A stretch of DNA of 31,423 bases from Planctomycetota bacterium (GTDB taxonomy: Bacteria; Planctomycetota; Planctomycetia; Pirellulales; Lacipirellulaceae). The translations under genes and the position numbers were made by a program. Under the pieces are notes generated by a model. That model was not told where the DNA came from. It saw only the letters and a program-made list of their open reading frames with translations, and ran no database searches. The DNA lies in NCBI GenBank assembly GCA_039190745.1, contig JBCCXZ010000048.1, positions 1 to 31,423 of the forward strand, read 5' to 3'. Positions 21,559-29,675 of the stretch are shown here, in pieces (position 1 is the stretch's first letter; each line of letters begins with the position of its first letter).

Positions 21559-23046
21559 ATGCCCATTGCACTCTGCAATTCCCGAGGTGAATCACAACAA
21601 CCGCCCGCGGAGCAGCCGACTTTTGGCGTATCGCCGCGAGTTCGCTCCTGGCGCCTAAACTCACTCTTTGCGCTCTTGGCGGCGCTCTTCGTCGCAACCA
21701 ACGCCAACGCCAACGCCAACGCCGACGACCGGCCCAACATCGTCCTGTTCGTCACCGACGACCAGAGCCCCGACGCCGGCTGCTACGGCAACCCCGTCCT
21801 CCAGACGCCCCACCTCGACGCGCTCGCGGCGGGCGGCATTCGCTTCACCAACGCCTACGCCGTCACGGCCAGCTGCAGCTCCAGCCGGGCCGCCATCCTC
21901 ACCGGCCGCTACCCCCACGCCATCGGGCAGTACGGCCTGCAGCACAACCAGCACAACTTCGAGGGCTTCGACGCCGTGGTCGGCCTGCCGGCCCTGCTCA
22001 GCCAAGCCGGCTACCGCACCGGGCTGGTCGGCAAACTGCACGTCGGCCCGGCCGCGTCGTTCCCGTTCGACGAGCGGCTGCCGGCCAACCCGCGCAGCAC
22101 CGTCGCCATGGCCGAGGCGAGCGCCGAGTTCGTCGCCGCCGACGGGCCGTTCTTCCTGCTCTTCGCGACCACCGACCCGCACCGCAGCAGCCTGCGCGAA
22201 GGCAACCTCGCCCCCGACGCCTTCGGCAACGAGCAACCCTACCCCGGTGTTACCCCCGTCGAGTACGACCCCGCCGAGGTGATCGTGCCGCCGTACCTGC
22301 CCGACACGCCCCAGTGCCGCGCCGAGCTGGCCGAGTACTACCGGTCGATCTCCCGGGTCGACCAGGGCCTAGGCCGGCTCATCGAGCTGCTCCGCGAGGC
22401 GGGCGCGTACGACAACACACTTTTCATCTACACCTCCGACCACGGCATCGCCATGCCCTCGGCGAAAACCAACCTCTACGAGGCCGGCCTCCGCGTGCCG
22501 CTGATCGTCCGCACCCCCGGCCGTCCGGCCGGCGTGAGCGACGCCCTCGTGAGCCTTGTCGACCTGACCCCCACGCTGGTCGAAGCCGCCGGCGAAAACA
22601 GCCAGACGCCGTCCGACGGCCGTTCGCTGATGCCGCTCCTACGCGACGAAACCCAGGCCGTCCGCGACCGGGTCATCGGCTCCCACTCGCTCCACGAAGT
22701 GACGGGCTACTACCCCATGCGGAGCGTCCGGGGGCCGCGTTACAAGCTCATCTGGAACCTCGCACACGACCTTCCCTACCCGATGGCGGGAGACCTCTGG
22801 GAGTCGTCCACCTGGCAGGCCCAACTCCGCAAAGGCATGGACGCGGAATTCGGGCTCAGCACGGTCGGCAAGCTGCTGCACCGCCCCGAGTTCGAGCTGT
22901 ACGACCTGCAGAACGACCCCAACGAAACGCAGAACCTGGCAGACGACCCAGCCCACGCAGCCACACTGGCTGAGCTGAAGTCGGAACTACGGCAGATGCA
23001 GCAGCAAACGAACGACCCCTGGCTGATCAAGTGGAAGCGTGAGTGA
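21559..23046 (+). CDS. Sulfatase, N-sulfoglucosamine sulfohydrolase-like (start uncertain)
   Basis: RPNIVLFVTDD, TPHLD, CSSSRAAILTG, GYRTGLVGKLH, DPH, YTSDHG, ELYDLQNDPNE. Confidence 0.92.
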   Translation: MPIALCNSRGESQQPPAEQPTFGVSPRVRSWRLNSLFALLAALFVATNANANANADDRPNIVLFVTDDQSPDAGCYGNPVLQTPHLDALAAGGIRFTNAYAVTASCSSSRAAILTGRYPHAIGQYGLQHNQHNFEGFDAVVGLPALLSQAGYRTGLVGKLHVGPAASFPFDERLPANPRSTVAMAEASAEFVAADGPFFLLFATTDPHRSSLREGNLAPDAFGNEQPYPGVTPVEYDPAEVIVPPYLPDTPQCRAELAEYYRSISRVDQGLGRLIELLREAGAYDNTLFIYTSDHGIAMPSAKTNLYEAGLRVPLIVRTPGRPAGVSDALVSLVDLTPTLVEAAGENSQTPSDGRSLMPLLRDETQAVRDRVIGSHSLHEVTGYYPMRSVRGPRYKLIWNLAHDLPYPMAGDLWESSTWQAQLRKGMDAEFGLSTVGKLLHRPEFELYDLQNDPNETQNLADDPAHAATLAELKSELRQMQQQTNDPWLIKWKRE

Positions 23047-23137
23047 TCGCACCACCCGCTGCGGAAAAGCCACTGGGGCGCCTCTTGCTGTTTGATCAAT
23101 CGGAGTGATCAATCGGAGGAAGCCGGAGGCAGCGCAC

Positions 23138-23171
23138 AAAAAAAGCCGAGCCCCATGCGAGACCCGGCTTT
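23138..23171 (-). terminator. Intrinsic terminator of the Cys-rich protein gene (possibly bidirectional)
   Basis: A7 tract plus AAAGCCG...CGGCTTT stem between convergent genes. Confidence 0.6.
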
Positions 23172-23206
23172 CTGTTCGGTACGACGCTTCAGTTCGGCAA
23201 GCGAAC

Positions 23207-23659
23207 TTAGGCGGCGGGCTCGGCCTCGGGGGCCTCGGGAGCAACCTCGGGAGCGGCCTCAACGGCGGCGCCGGCGCAGTCGCTGCAGCCGCTCACTTCG
23301 CCGCAGCTGCTGCAGCCGCTGTCGCAGGACGACTCACATCCGCACGAGCTGGCCTCGCAGCCGCAGGACGACTCGCAACCGCAAGAAGAAGCGGCTTCGC
23401 AGCAGGTCGGCTCGGGCTCGCAGCAGGTGGTCTCGCAGCACGGTTCGGGCTCGCAGCAGGTCGGCTCGCAGCAGTCCTTCTGGGCCTTCTTGCAGGCACG
23501 CTTCATCTTGCGGAGCTCACGACGGCTCGGCTTGCAGCAAGGGTCGCAGCAGTCGCTGCCGCGGTTGAACAGCCCGGCCTCGGCCACGCTGTCGTTGTTG
23601 AAGAAACAAACGGTCGCGACGATCGCCACGGCCAGCATCACATTCAAAATACGGTTCAT
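23207..23659 (-). CDS. Secreted cysteine-rich repeat protein (150 aa)
   Basis: GGGGAG RBS, signal peptide ending AEA, CCEP and SSCGCE repeats, A/P/E tail. Confidence 0.85.
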   Translation of the reverse strand: MNRILNVMLAVAIVATVCFFNNDSVAEAGLFNRGSDCCDPCCKPSRRELRKMKRACKKAQKDCCEPTCCEPEPCCETTCCEPEPTCCEAASSCGCESSCGCEASSCGCESSCDSGCSSCGEVSGCSDCAGAAVEAAPEVAPEAPEAEPAA

Positions 23660-23947
23660 CTTGTTTTTCTCCCCCGCCAATCAGCGGAAAAATGTCGGGC
23701 TCCGCCACCCCGGCGGTTGCCCTAGGTTCCAATCCGGTCCAAGGGTCTAGACAACCCTGTCTCGCCGCCTCGGTCCTCTGCTCCGGCGGCTTGCGGCCGA
23801 CCGGCGGAGCAACGATTTATGCTTTTCAGGCCCGGCGGTCAGGTGGGATTCAGCTCCCGCCGAAGGCAGCCGCATGAGGAAATCCCTGACGACTGCACAA
23901 GCCCTGGTGGTCGCATTGAGTGTGCAACCTGGACAACTTAGGGCGTA

Positions 23948-23975
23948 AACCTATCACGGCCTTACCCTGCGTCAA
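23948..23975 (-). promoter_or_regulatory. Putative sigma70 promoter upstream of the Cys-rich gene
   Basis: Minus strand TTGACG-N16-TAGGTT with extended -10 TG. Confidence 0.45.
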
Positions 23976-24112
23976 GTGGCCGGCCGCGATTGGCCCGATT
24001 CCGAGAAAAATAGTGCGAATCTTAGCGCTGGCGGCGCGCCAATACGGCCTTGCAGGCAGCCGCATCTGGCAGAATAGGCAGGAGAGAGGGTGAGGGTAGA
24101 TTTATCCCGCGA

Positions 24113-24721
24113 TCAGCGCGTGACCGGCTGGGATTGTCCGGGCGTGCCGGGAAGCGTCGCCTGGCGGTACCCGTCAGCAGCGGCTGGCTCAGGCTGAGAG
24201 ACCGTCTGGGCCGGCTGCGGACGCGGTCGGCTGGAAGGGCCAAACACGTTCGAAGGGTTCTCGAAATCCAACACCACCGGGTCCAACCCAGGGCCAACAT
24301 CCGCGGCCATTCCGACAATCCGCCAAGACCCCGCCGCGACCTTCAAGGCCCAAGTCATCTTCTCGTCGAACGGCTTCCCGTCGGCGTCGATCTCGGTCCA
24401 GGTGGACTCGACCAAAGCGGTTTGTTCGTCGACTTGCTCCAGCTCACCGACCACAAAGCTCGCCGTCTCGCTGGGCGGGGGCGCGAACGTGAGGTTGTGC
24501 TCCCGGATCCGCTCGACCGCCAAGGGCGTGAGTTGGCCGCTCGCGGTCTGGTGGTCGCCGCTGCGGACCGCTTCCAGGAAGACGCTCACCACCTGGATCG
24601 GGTCGTCCGTGACCGAAGCCTCGGAGCCGCCCGAGACGATTTCTCCCGTGGGAGCTGTTTGGCCGCAGCCGCTGACAAACAACAAGGCAGCCAACAACGG
24701 GGCAGCACTACGGGCCGGCAT
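24113..24721 (-). CDS. Hypothetical lipoprotein
   Basis: GGAG RBS; MPARSAAPLLAALLFVSG-C lipobox; compact domain (FLEAVRSGD...WRIVGM) and Q/P-rich tail. Confidence 0.8.
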   Translation of the reverse strand: MPARSAAPLLAALLFVSGCGQTAPTGEIVSGGSEASVTDDPIQVVSVFLEAVRSGDHQTASGQLTPLAVERIREHNLTFAPPPSETASFVVGELEQVDEQTALVESTWTEIDADGKPFDEKMTWALKVAAGSWRIVGMAADVGPGLDPVVLDFENPSNVFGPSSRPRPQPAQTVSQPEPAAADGYRQATLPGTPGQSQPVTR

Positions 24722-24880
24722 AGCAGTCACTCCATAAAGCTGGGGCAAGCACGCCGCCGAGCAGAACGAAGCCGGCCGGCGTGGGCGGGGGGAGTGTTCC
24801 AAACCGCTCGGGGCCGGTCAATAGAACGTCCCCCGGCTTCTAGGCCTGACTTCCACTGCTAGCACGCGGCGGGCGTCGCG

Positions 24881-26392
24881 TCAGACCACAGCCAGCCCGT
24901 GGTCGGCGGCAGACTGCTCCCGCCGGTAGACCGCCAGCTGCGCCTCGAACAACGCCGAGTCCACCTGCCAAGCCGGCTGCGTATCGACGTGCGACTGGCA
25001 GTGGGTCACCAGCAGTCGGTGCAGGAACTTAAACAGGTGCCGCGGCACCCGCAGCGACGCGAACGCCGCGATCAGCCGGGCGTCGTCGATCTCCGCGTCG
25101 AACAGGTCACGCAGCTGCGGAGCCTTCCCGTCTGCGGCGCACGCCCGGGTCCGGGCCGACGCCAGGTCGAACAGCGACTCGCCCGTCCACTCCAGCGAGG
25201 GTACGAGGTTCTGCTTGTCGAGCCGCGCCCGCTGGTAGAAGTCGCGGTCCTCGTGCTGGATGTATTCCGAGAGCTCGATCGGCAGGAGCATCTTCATCCC
25301 CAGCCCGGGCTGCTTCAGGAACTTGTTGTCCAGCATCGACCACACGAAGTCACGCATGCTCTGCAGCGACCCGTTGATCAAGTGCGGCTCGTCAACGCGA
25401 TCGACCAGCACGACGATGCCCGTGTACCCCAGCGCCCTGAGCAAGCCCTGGAGCTTGTAGAGCAGTTCGTAGCGGTCTTCGGTCCGCCATTTGTTCGGCA
25501 ACGGCTGGTTGTTGATGTCGCGGGCGTTGAAGTTCATCAGCACCCGGCGGAGCGGCCAAAGATCGCGCGTCACCGTGCGGAGCCGGCTAGAGACGCCCTT
25601 CGCCTGCCACGCCCACCGGCACGACTGCACCAGCCACGGCATCCAGCCGAGCAGGATGAAGAAGTACAGCCACGGGCTCTTGAAGGCGTTCCAACGCTCC
25701 CCGGCATCGGTGGCGAACAGCAGGACCGCGCCGATGATGATCGACTTGCTCACCAGCCCGATGGCGCGCAGCCCCCAGTTCTGCCACGGCATGTAACGCA
25801 ACTTCCGCCGCAGGCGGAACCAGCGCGACTCAAACGACTCGGTCGGCGAGTTGTCGTAGCAGGCGGCCAGCAGCAGCAGGTCGCGGCGCTGGAATCGGTC
25901 GAGCCGCTTGAGCGCGTCTTCCGGCAGGTTGTTCCCCGTGCTGCCCGAGGGCTGCGACATGCCGAGCACGCGGTCTACCAGGGGCGTGACGCCCAGCGAC
26001 AGGATCGCGTCCATGTGGTCCCACAGCTTCCACTCGGCCAGCACCTTGGCGGGCTGGCGGCGTTTGCGGGCGCTCAGCCGGTCGGCGAACCGATCCAAAA
26101 ACGGATTGAAGTCGTCGTACTCAATGACGAGCGCCTTGCCGTCGTCGTGGTTGGCGTTGTGCTCGGCGATGCGGCTCGCAATCTGCAGCCGGATCGCCGT
26201 CTTGCCCGCGCCCTTCTCTCCAAACACGACCGAGGTGGCGGGGTTGGTCGGGTCGCCGTAGATCTTGTCCCAGTGCGGGTGATAGGTGCTCGTGGCGCAC
26301 GCGTCGCGGAAGACCGGATCGGTCTGGGCGTCCTCGTCGGCGAACGGGTTGCCCACGATGCCGTGGTGCTTGAACAGGTCTTGCAGTTTCAT
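24881..26392 (-). CDS. Hypothetical P-loop NTPase with internal transmembrane hairpin
   Basis: Walker A GEKGAGKT, two hydrophobic segments mid-protein, Walker B-like IVVLVDRVDE. Confidence 0.82.
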   Translation of the reverse strand: MKLQDLFKHHGIVGNPFADEDAQTDPVFRDACATSTYHPHWDKIYGDPTNPATSVVFGEKGAGKTAIRLQIASRIAEHNANHDDGKALVIEYDDFNPFLDRFADRLSARKRRQPAKVLAEWKLWDHMDAILSLGVTPLVDRVLGMSQPSGSTGNNLPEDALKRLDRFQRRDLLLLAACYDNSPTESFESRWFRLRRKLRYMPWQNWGLRAIGLVSKSIIIGAVLLFATDAGERWNAFKSPWLYFFILLGWMPWLVQSCRWAWQAKGVSSRLRTVTRDLWPLRRVLMNFNARDINNQPLPNKWRTEDRYELLYKLQGLLRALGYTGIVVLVDRVDEPHLINGSLQSMRDFVWSMLDNKFLKQPGLGMKMLLPIELSEYIQHEDRDFYQRARLDKQNLVPSLEWTGESLFDLASARTRACAADGKAPQLRDLFDAEIDDARLIAAFASLRVPRHLFKFLHRLLVTHCQSHVDTQPAWQVDSALFEAQLAVYRREQSAADHGLAVV

Positions 26393-26422
26393 GTCGCGGC
26401 GCGGCGGGGTGGTTTGAAAACT

Positions 26423-26493
26423 GTGGGAGGCCTCTCCGAGGCCGATGGCGTAGTCCGACGTGAAGCGGAATCGGGCTCAGAGAGCCCTCCCAC
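26423..26493. repeat. REPIN-like inverted REP doublet, copy 1 (24+23+24 bp)
   Basis: GTGGGAGGCCTCTCCGAGGCCGAT ... ATCGGGCTCAGAGAGCCCTCCCAC. Confidence 0.85.
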
Positions 26494-26689
26494 TAATGCG
26501 GTTTTCGGGCGCTCGTAGAGGCACCGTAGAATATACGCCGCAGGCAAGCGAGTGCCCGGCCTGAGTTGGCCCGATCCGCCAGACCGATACAATGCAAACG
26601 GGGGGTCGGTCCGGTTCTGCGGGCCCCGGGGGCGCCCGACCGCGAAGCGACCCCTCACGGAACGTCCCCTTGTGGAACGGAGGGCGGCA

Positions 26690-27151
26690 ATGAAACAAGA
26701 ACCCCGCTACGGCTACTACCCCTGGTGGCCCGAAGACGGCAACGACTGGGTCCACCCCGAAGACGTCGAGCTCGCCCGGCGGCTGATCCCCAGCACACGC
26801 GTGTTCCGACGCGACGGCGAGCAGGGCGAGTATGTCGTGCTCCACTACGGCGAGCACCGGCTGCGTGTGAAGCGCACGCTCTGGAAAGAGGTCCAGACCG
26901 AGGGCTTCGAGATCGGAGGCTGGGTCGAGGTGCTCTCCCGCGGCTACGCCAACACGCCCCGGACGGCGATGGTGCAGGAAGTCCACTGGGACAAGCGCCG
27001 CCGGCGGCTGGAGTACGAGGTCGTCGAGAGCGACGGGCCCATCGATCGCCGCTACACCGCCGACGACCTCCGCCACGTTGAGCCAACCGCGCCGCCTTCG
27101 CTACGCCACCCCGTTCGAATCGAGGCGGATGTTGAGGAAGACGGGGGATAA
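26690..27151 (+). CDS. Hypothetical protein (beta-rich, possibly SH3-like C-terminal domain)
   Basis: GGAGG RBS before ATG 26690; YGYYPWWPEDGNDWVHPED N-terminus; host-like codon usage. Confidence 0.8.
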   Translation: MKQEPRYGYYPWWPEDGNDWVHPEDVELARRLIPSTRVFRRDGEQGEYVVLHYGEHRLRVKRTLWKEVQTEGFEIGGWVEVLSRGYANTPRTAMVQEVHWDKRRRRLEYEVVESDGPIDRRYTADDLRHVEPTAPPSLRHPVRIEADVEEDGG

Positions 27152-27164
27152 AGGAGAAGAGTTT

Positions 27165-27235
27165 GTGGGAGGCGTCACCAACGCCGATTACGCATTTTAA
27201 TGGTTACCGTAATCAGGCTCGGAGAGCCCTCCCAC
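27165..27235. repeat. REPIN-like inverted REP doublet, copy 2 (24+23+24 bp)
   Basis: GTGGGAGGCGTCACCAACGCCGAT ... ATCAGGCTCGGAGAGCCCTCCCAC. Confidence 0.85.
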
Positions 27236-27303
27236 AATCCCATTCTTTTCATTTCATCTCCAACATCTCCCCGATCTCCTTTTCCTCAATCGACTCAGCC
27301 AAC

Positions 27304-27347
27304 AAAAAAAGCCGGGCGCCCCAAACCGCGGCGCCCGGCTTTCGTTT
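27304..27347. terminator. Bidirectional intrinsic terminator
   Basis: A7-GCCGGGCGCC-loop-GGCGCCCGGC-TTTCGTTT between convergent genes. Confidence 0.85.
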
Positions 27348-27367
27348 CTTTGGAAGCGAGGTCGGCG

Positions 27368-27685
27368 TTAGCCGCGGACCTTCACGTCCCCCTTCCGCGT
27401 GACCACGACCTTCACCTCGTGGCCGCAGCTGGGCCAGCAGTAGGTGCCGATACAGCGGCCGAACAGGCCCTTCTTCCAGGTGACGCAGGGCGGCTCGGTG
27501 CAGCAGCCGGGCACGCAGACGCACACGGTCTTGCCGACGCACGAGCAGGGCGGCTTCACGCACAGCTCGACCTGGATCGGAGCAGGCGGGCAGCAGCACG
27601 GGTCACCGGCGGAGGCCTTCTCGGCGGTGGCGCCGAGGGTCAGCACGGCCGCCAGCAAGGCGGCAGCAATTCCAAAACGATTCAT
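27368..27685 (-). CDS. Small secreted cysteine-rich protein (105 aa)
   Basis: GAGGGA RBS, signal peptide ending ASA, 14 Cys in about 79 mature residues. Confidence 0.82.
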   Translation of the reverse strand: MNRFGIAAALLAAVLTLGATAEKASAGDPCCCPPAPIQVELCVKPPCSCVGKTVCVCVPGCCTEPPCVTWKKGLFGRCIGTYCWPSCGHEVKVVVTRKGDVKVRG

Positions 27686-27813
27686 AATAGTTCCCTCTGA
27701 GGACGCTATTCGATACGGACGGCCAACGGCGGCCGGCCCTAAACGGTAAAGTCAACCCACACAATCTATGTTATCTCAAACCGGCCGCAACCTCCAATCG
27801 GGGTTCCGGGCCG

Positions 27814-29190
27814 CTAGAGCGAATACTGCGAATCCTCGAGCCCCAGACGCTTCATCTTCTTGTAGAGCGTCGTCCGGTTGACCCCCAGGGCGTCCGCCGT
27901 GGCGTTCCGGTTCCAGTTGTTGCTGTCGAGCACCTCGCGGATGATCTGCCGCTCGGGCTCCTCCAGGGCCTCTTTGAGGGTCATCGACCCCACCCGGGCG
28001 GCCGTGGTTCGCTGCCCGCCGGTCACTTCCCGCGGCAGGTCGCTGGCCGTGATCAGCTCGGTCCGCCCCAGCAGCACGGCCCGCTCGACCACGTTCTGCA
28101 GCTCGCGGATGTTGCCCGGCCAGTGGTAGTTTTCTAGCGCCGCAACGGCGTCCTCGGCAAACCCGGTCACCGTGCGGCTGGCGTCCTCACGGGCCTGCTC
28201 CAGGAAGCTCTGGGCCAGCAGCGTGATGTCCGACCGCCGCCGACTGAGAGACGGCAGCTCGATATTGATGACGTTAATGCGGTAGTACAGGTCCTGGCGG
28301 AACCGGCCCTCGGCCACCGCGTCGGCGAGGTCTTCGTTGGTGGCCAGCACCACGCGGACATCGACTTTGAACGTCTTGGCGCCGCCGACCTGCTCAAACT
28401 CCAGCTCCTGCAGCACCCGCAGCAGCTTGACCTGCATCGCGGGGCTCGCGGTGCCGATCTCGTCGAGAAAAATCGTGCCGCCGTCGGCCTGCTTGAACTT
28501 GCCCACCTTGTCGGTCGTGGCCCCCGTGAAGGCGCCCGCGACGTGGCCGAAGAGCTCGCTTTCGAGCAGGTTCTCGGGCAACGCCCCGCAGGCGACCTCG
28601 ATGAACGGCTTCGAGGCCCGGCTGCTGCGGCGGTGCAGCGCCCGGGCGATCATCGACTTGCCCGTGCCGCTCTCACCGGTAATCAGAGCGGTCGCCCGCG
28701 TGTCGGCCACGCTCTCGACCATCTCAAAGACCCGCAGCATCCGCGGGTCTTGGCCGATGATGTTGTGCCGCGTGTAGTGGCGGTCGAGCTCCCGGCGGAG
28801 CTGGCTGTTCTCTTCGATCACGTCGTGCTGATTGAGCGTCCGCTCGATCGTCATCAGCAGTTCGTCGCTCATGATCGGCTTGGTGACGTAGTCGGCCGCT
28901 CCGGCCCGGAGCGCCTCGACCGCCGTGTCGGGGTTGCCGTTACCGGCCATCAGTATCACCTGCGCCTCCGGACGCACGCGCTGGAGCTGCTCCAACAGGT
29001 CGCACTGATCGGCATCGGTAATCGAAACGTCGGCGATTACCAGGTCGAACGGCTGCAGACGCAACGCTTCGAGAGCGTCTGCGTAGGCGCTGGCCGCTTC
29101 GACTTGCAGCCCCTGGCCGCGGAGCCATTGGGCGAGCGACTCCAGGAGCGGCTGGTCTCTGTCCACTAGCAGCAAGGAATGCTGGCTCAT
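27814..29190 (-). CDS. Sigma54-dependent NtrC/Fis-family transcriptional activator
   Basis: Receiver, GESGTGKS, ESELFGH, GAFTGA, FLDEIG, FRQDLYYR, WPGNIRELQN, Fis-type HTH. Start taken at ATG 29190. Confidence 0.95.
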   Translation of the reverse strand: MSQHSLLLVDRDQPLLESLAQWLRGQGLQVEAASAYADALEALRLQPFDLVIADVSITDADQCDLLEQLQRVRPEAQVILMAGNGNPDTAVEALRAGAADYVTKPIMSDELLMTIERTLNQHDVIEENSQLRRELDRHYTRHNIIGQDPRMLRVFEMVESVADTRATALITGESGTGKSMIARALHRRSSRASKPFIEVACGALPENLLESELFGHVAGAFTGATTDKVGKFKQADGGTIFLDEIGTASPAMQVKLLRVLQELEFEQVGGAKTFKVDVRVVLATNEDLADAVAEGRFRQDLYYRINVINIELPSLSRRRSDITLLAQSFLEQAREDASRTVTGFAEDAVAALENYHWPGNIRELQNVVERAVLLGRTELITASDLPREVTGGQRTTAARVGSMTLKEALEEPERQIIREVLDSNNWNRNATADALGVNRTTLYKKMKRLGLEDSQYSL

Positions 29191-29675
29191 CAGGCGGGTC
29201 TCCCCTCTCACTTCGGACGCGGCGCGGGGCCGGTGTGTCTGCGTGGTTGTCGTCGTCTCAGGCGGTTGGGTCCGTGACTAGCGAGCGAACCCAACAGCCA
29301 CGGTGCGAGGGGAGCGTTGCACCGCAGGCCGGTTGGGGAGAATTCGCCATAGCTGTCGGAAAACATCTACGTCGCCCGGGGCGGGGGGTCAACGAAATCC
29401 ATCAGACAAGCAGGGCAAATCGCTGCCCCGACAGCACGATTGCGGGGCGTGGCAAAGATGCCGGCGCGGTGGCGCCGGTTATGCCAAGAGGGCGGAATAA
29501 ACGGGGAGACCGCCGGCCGGCTGCAGCTGGTGCGACACACACCAGGGATTGCCTGCTCACAAAGGTAAACCTGCAACCGCCGGCGACCCCGGCACGAGAA
29601 CACTCGACGCGTTCTCGTCACACCCCTACAAGCGTGGGCCGCATAGCCGCGTTACAGAAGAAAACTCAAACCCGC

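Noticed and set aside
23270..23480. Repeated GCAGCAGG/GCTCGCAG units as a CRISPR-like array
   Set aside because: They are in-frame codon repeats of the Cys-rich protein, with no constant repeat-spacer period and no cas genes.
27755..27780. CTATGTTATCT resembling the XerD arm of dif
   Set aside because: Several mismatches and no XerC arm at the right spacing.
29470..29487. GG-N10-GC matches on both strands upstream of the NtrC-type gene
   Set aside because: The minus-strand match lacks the TTGC -12 element and the plus-strand match has no downstream gene; too weak to call.
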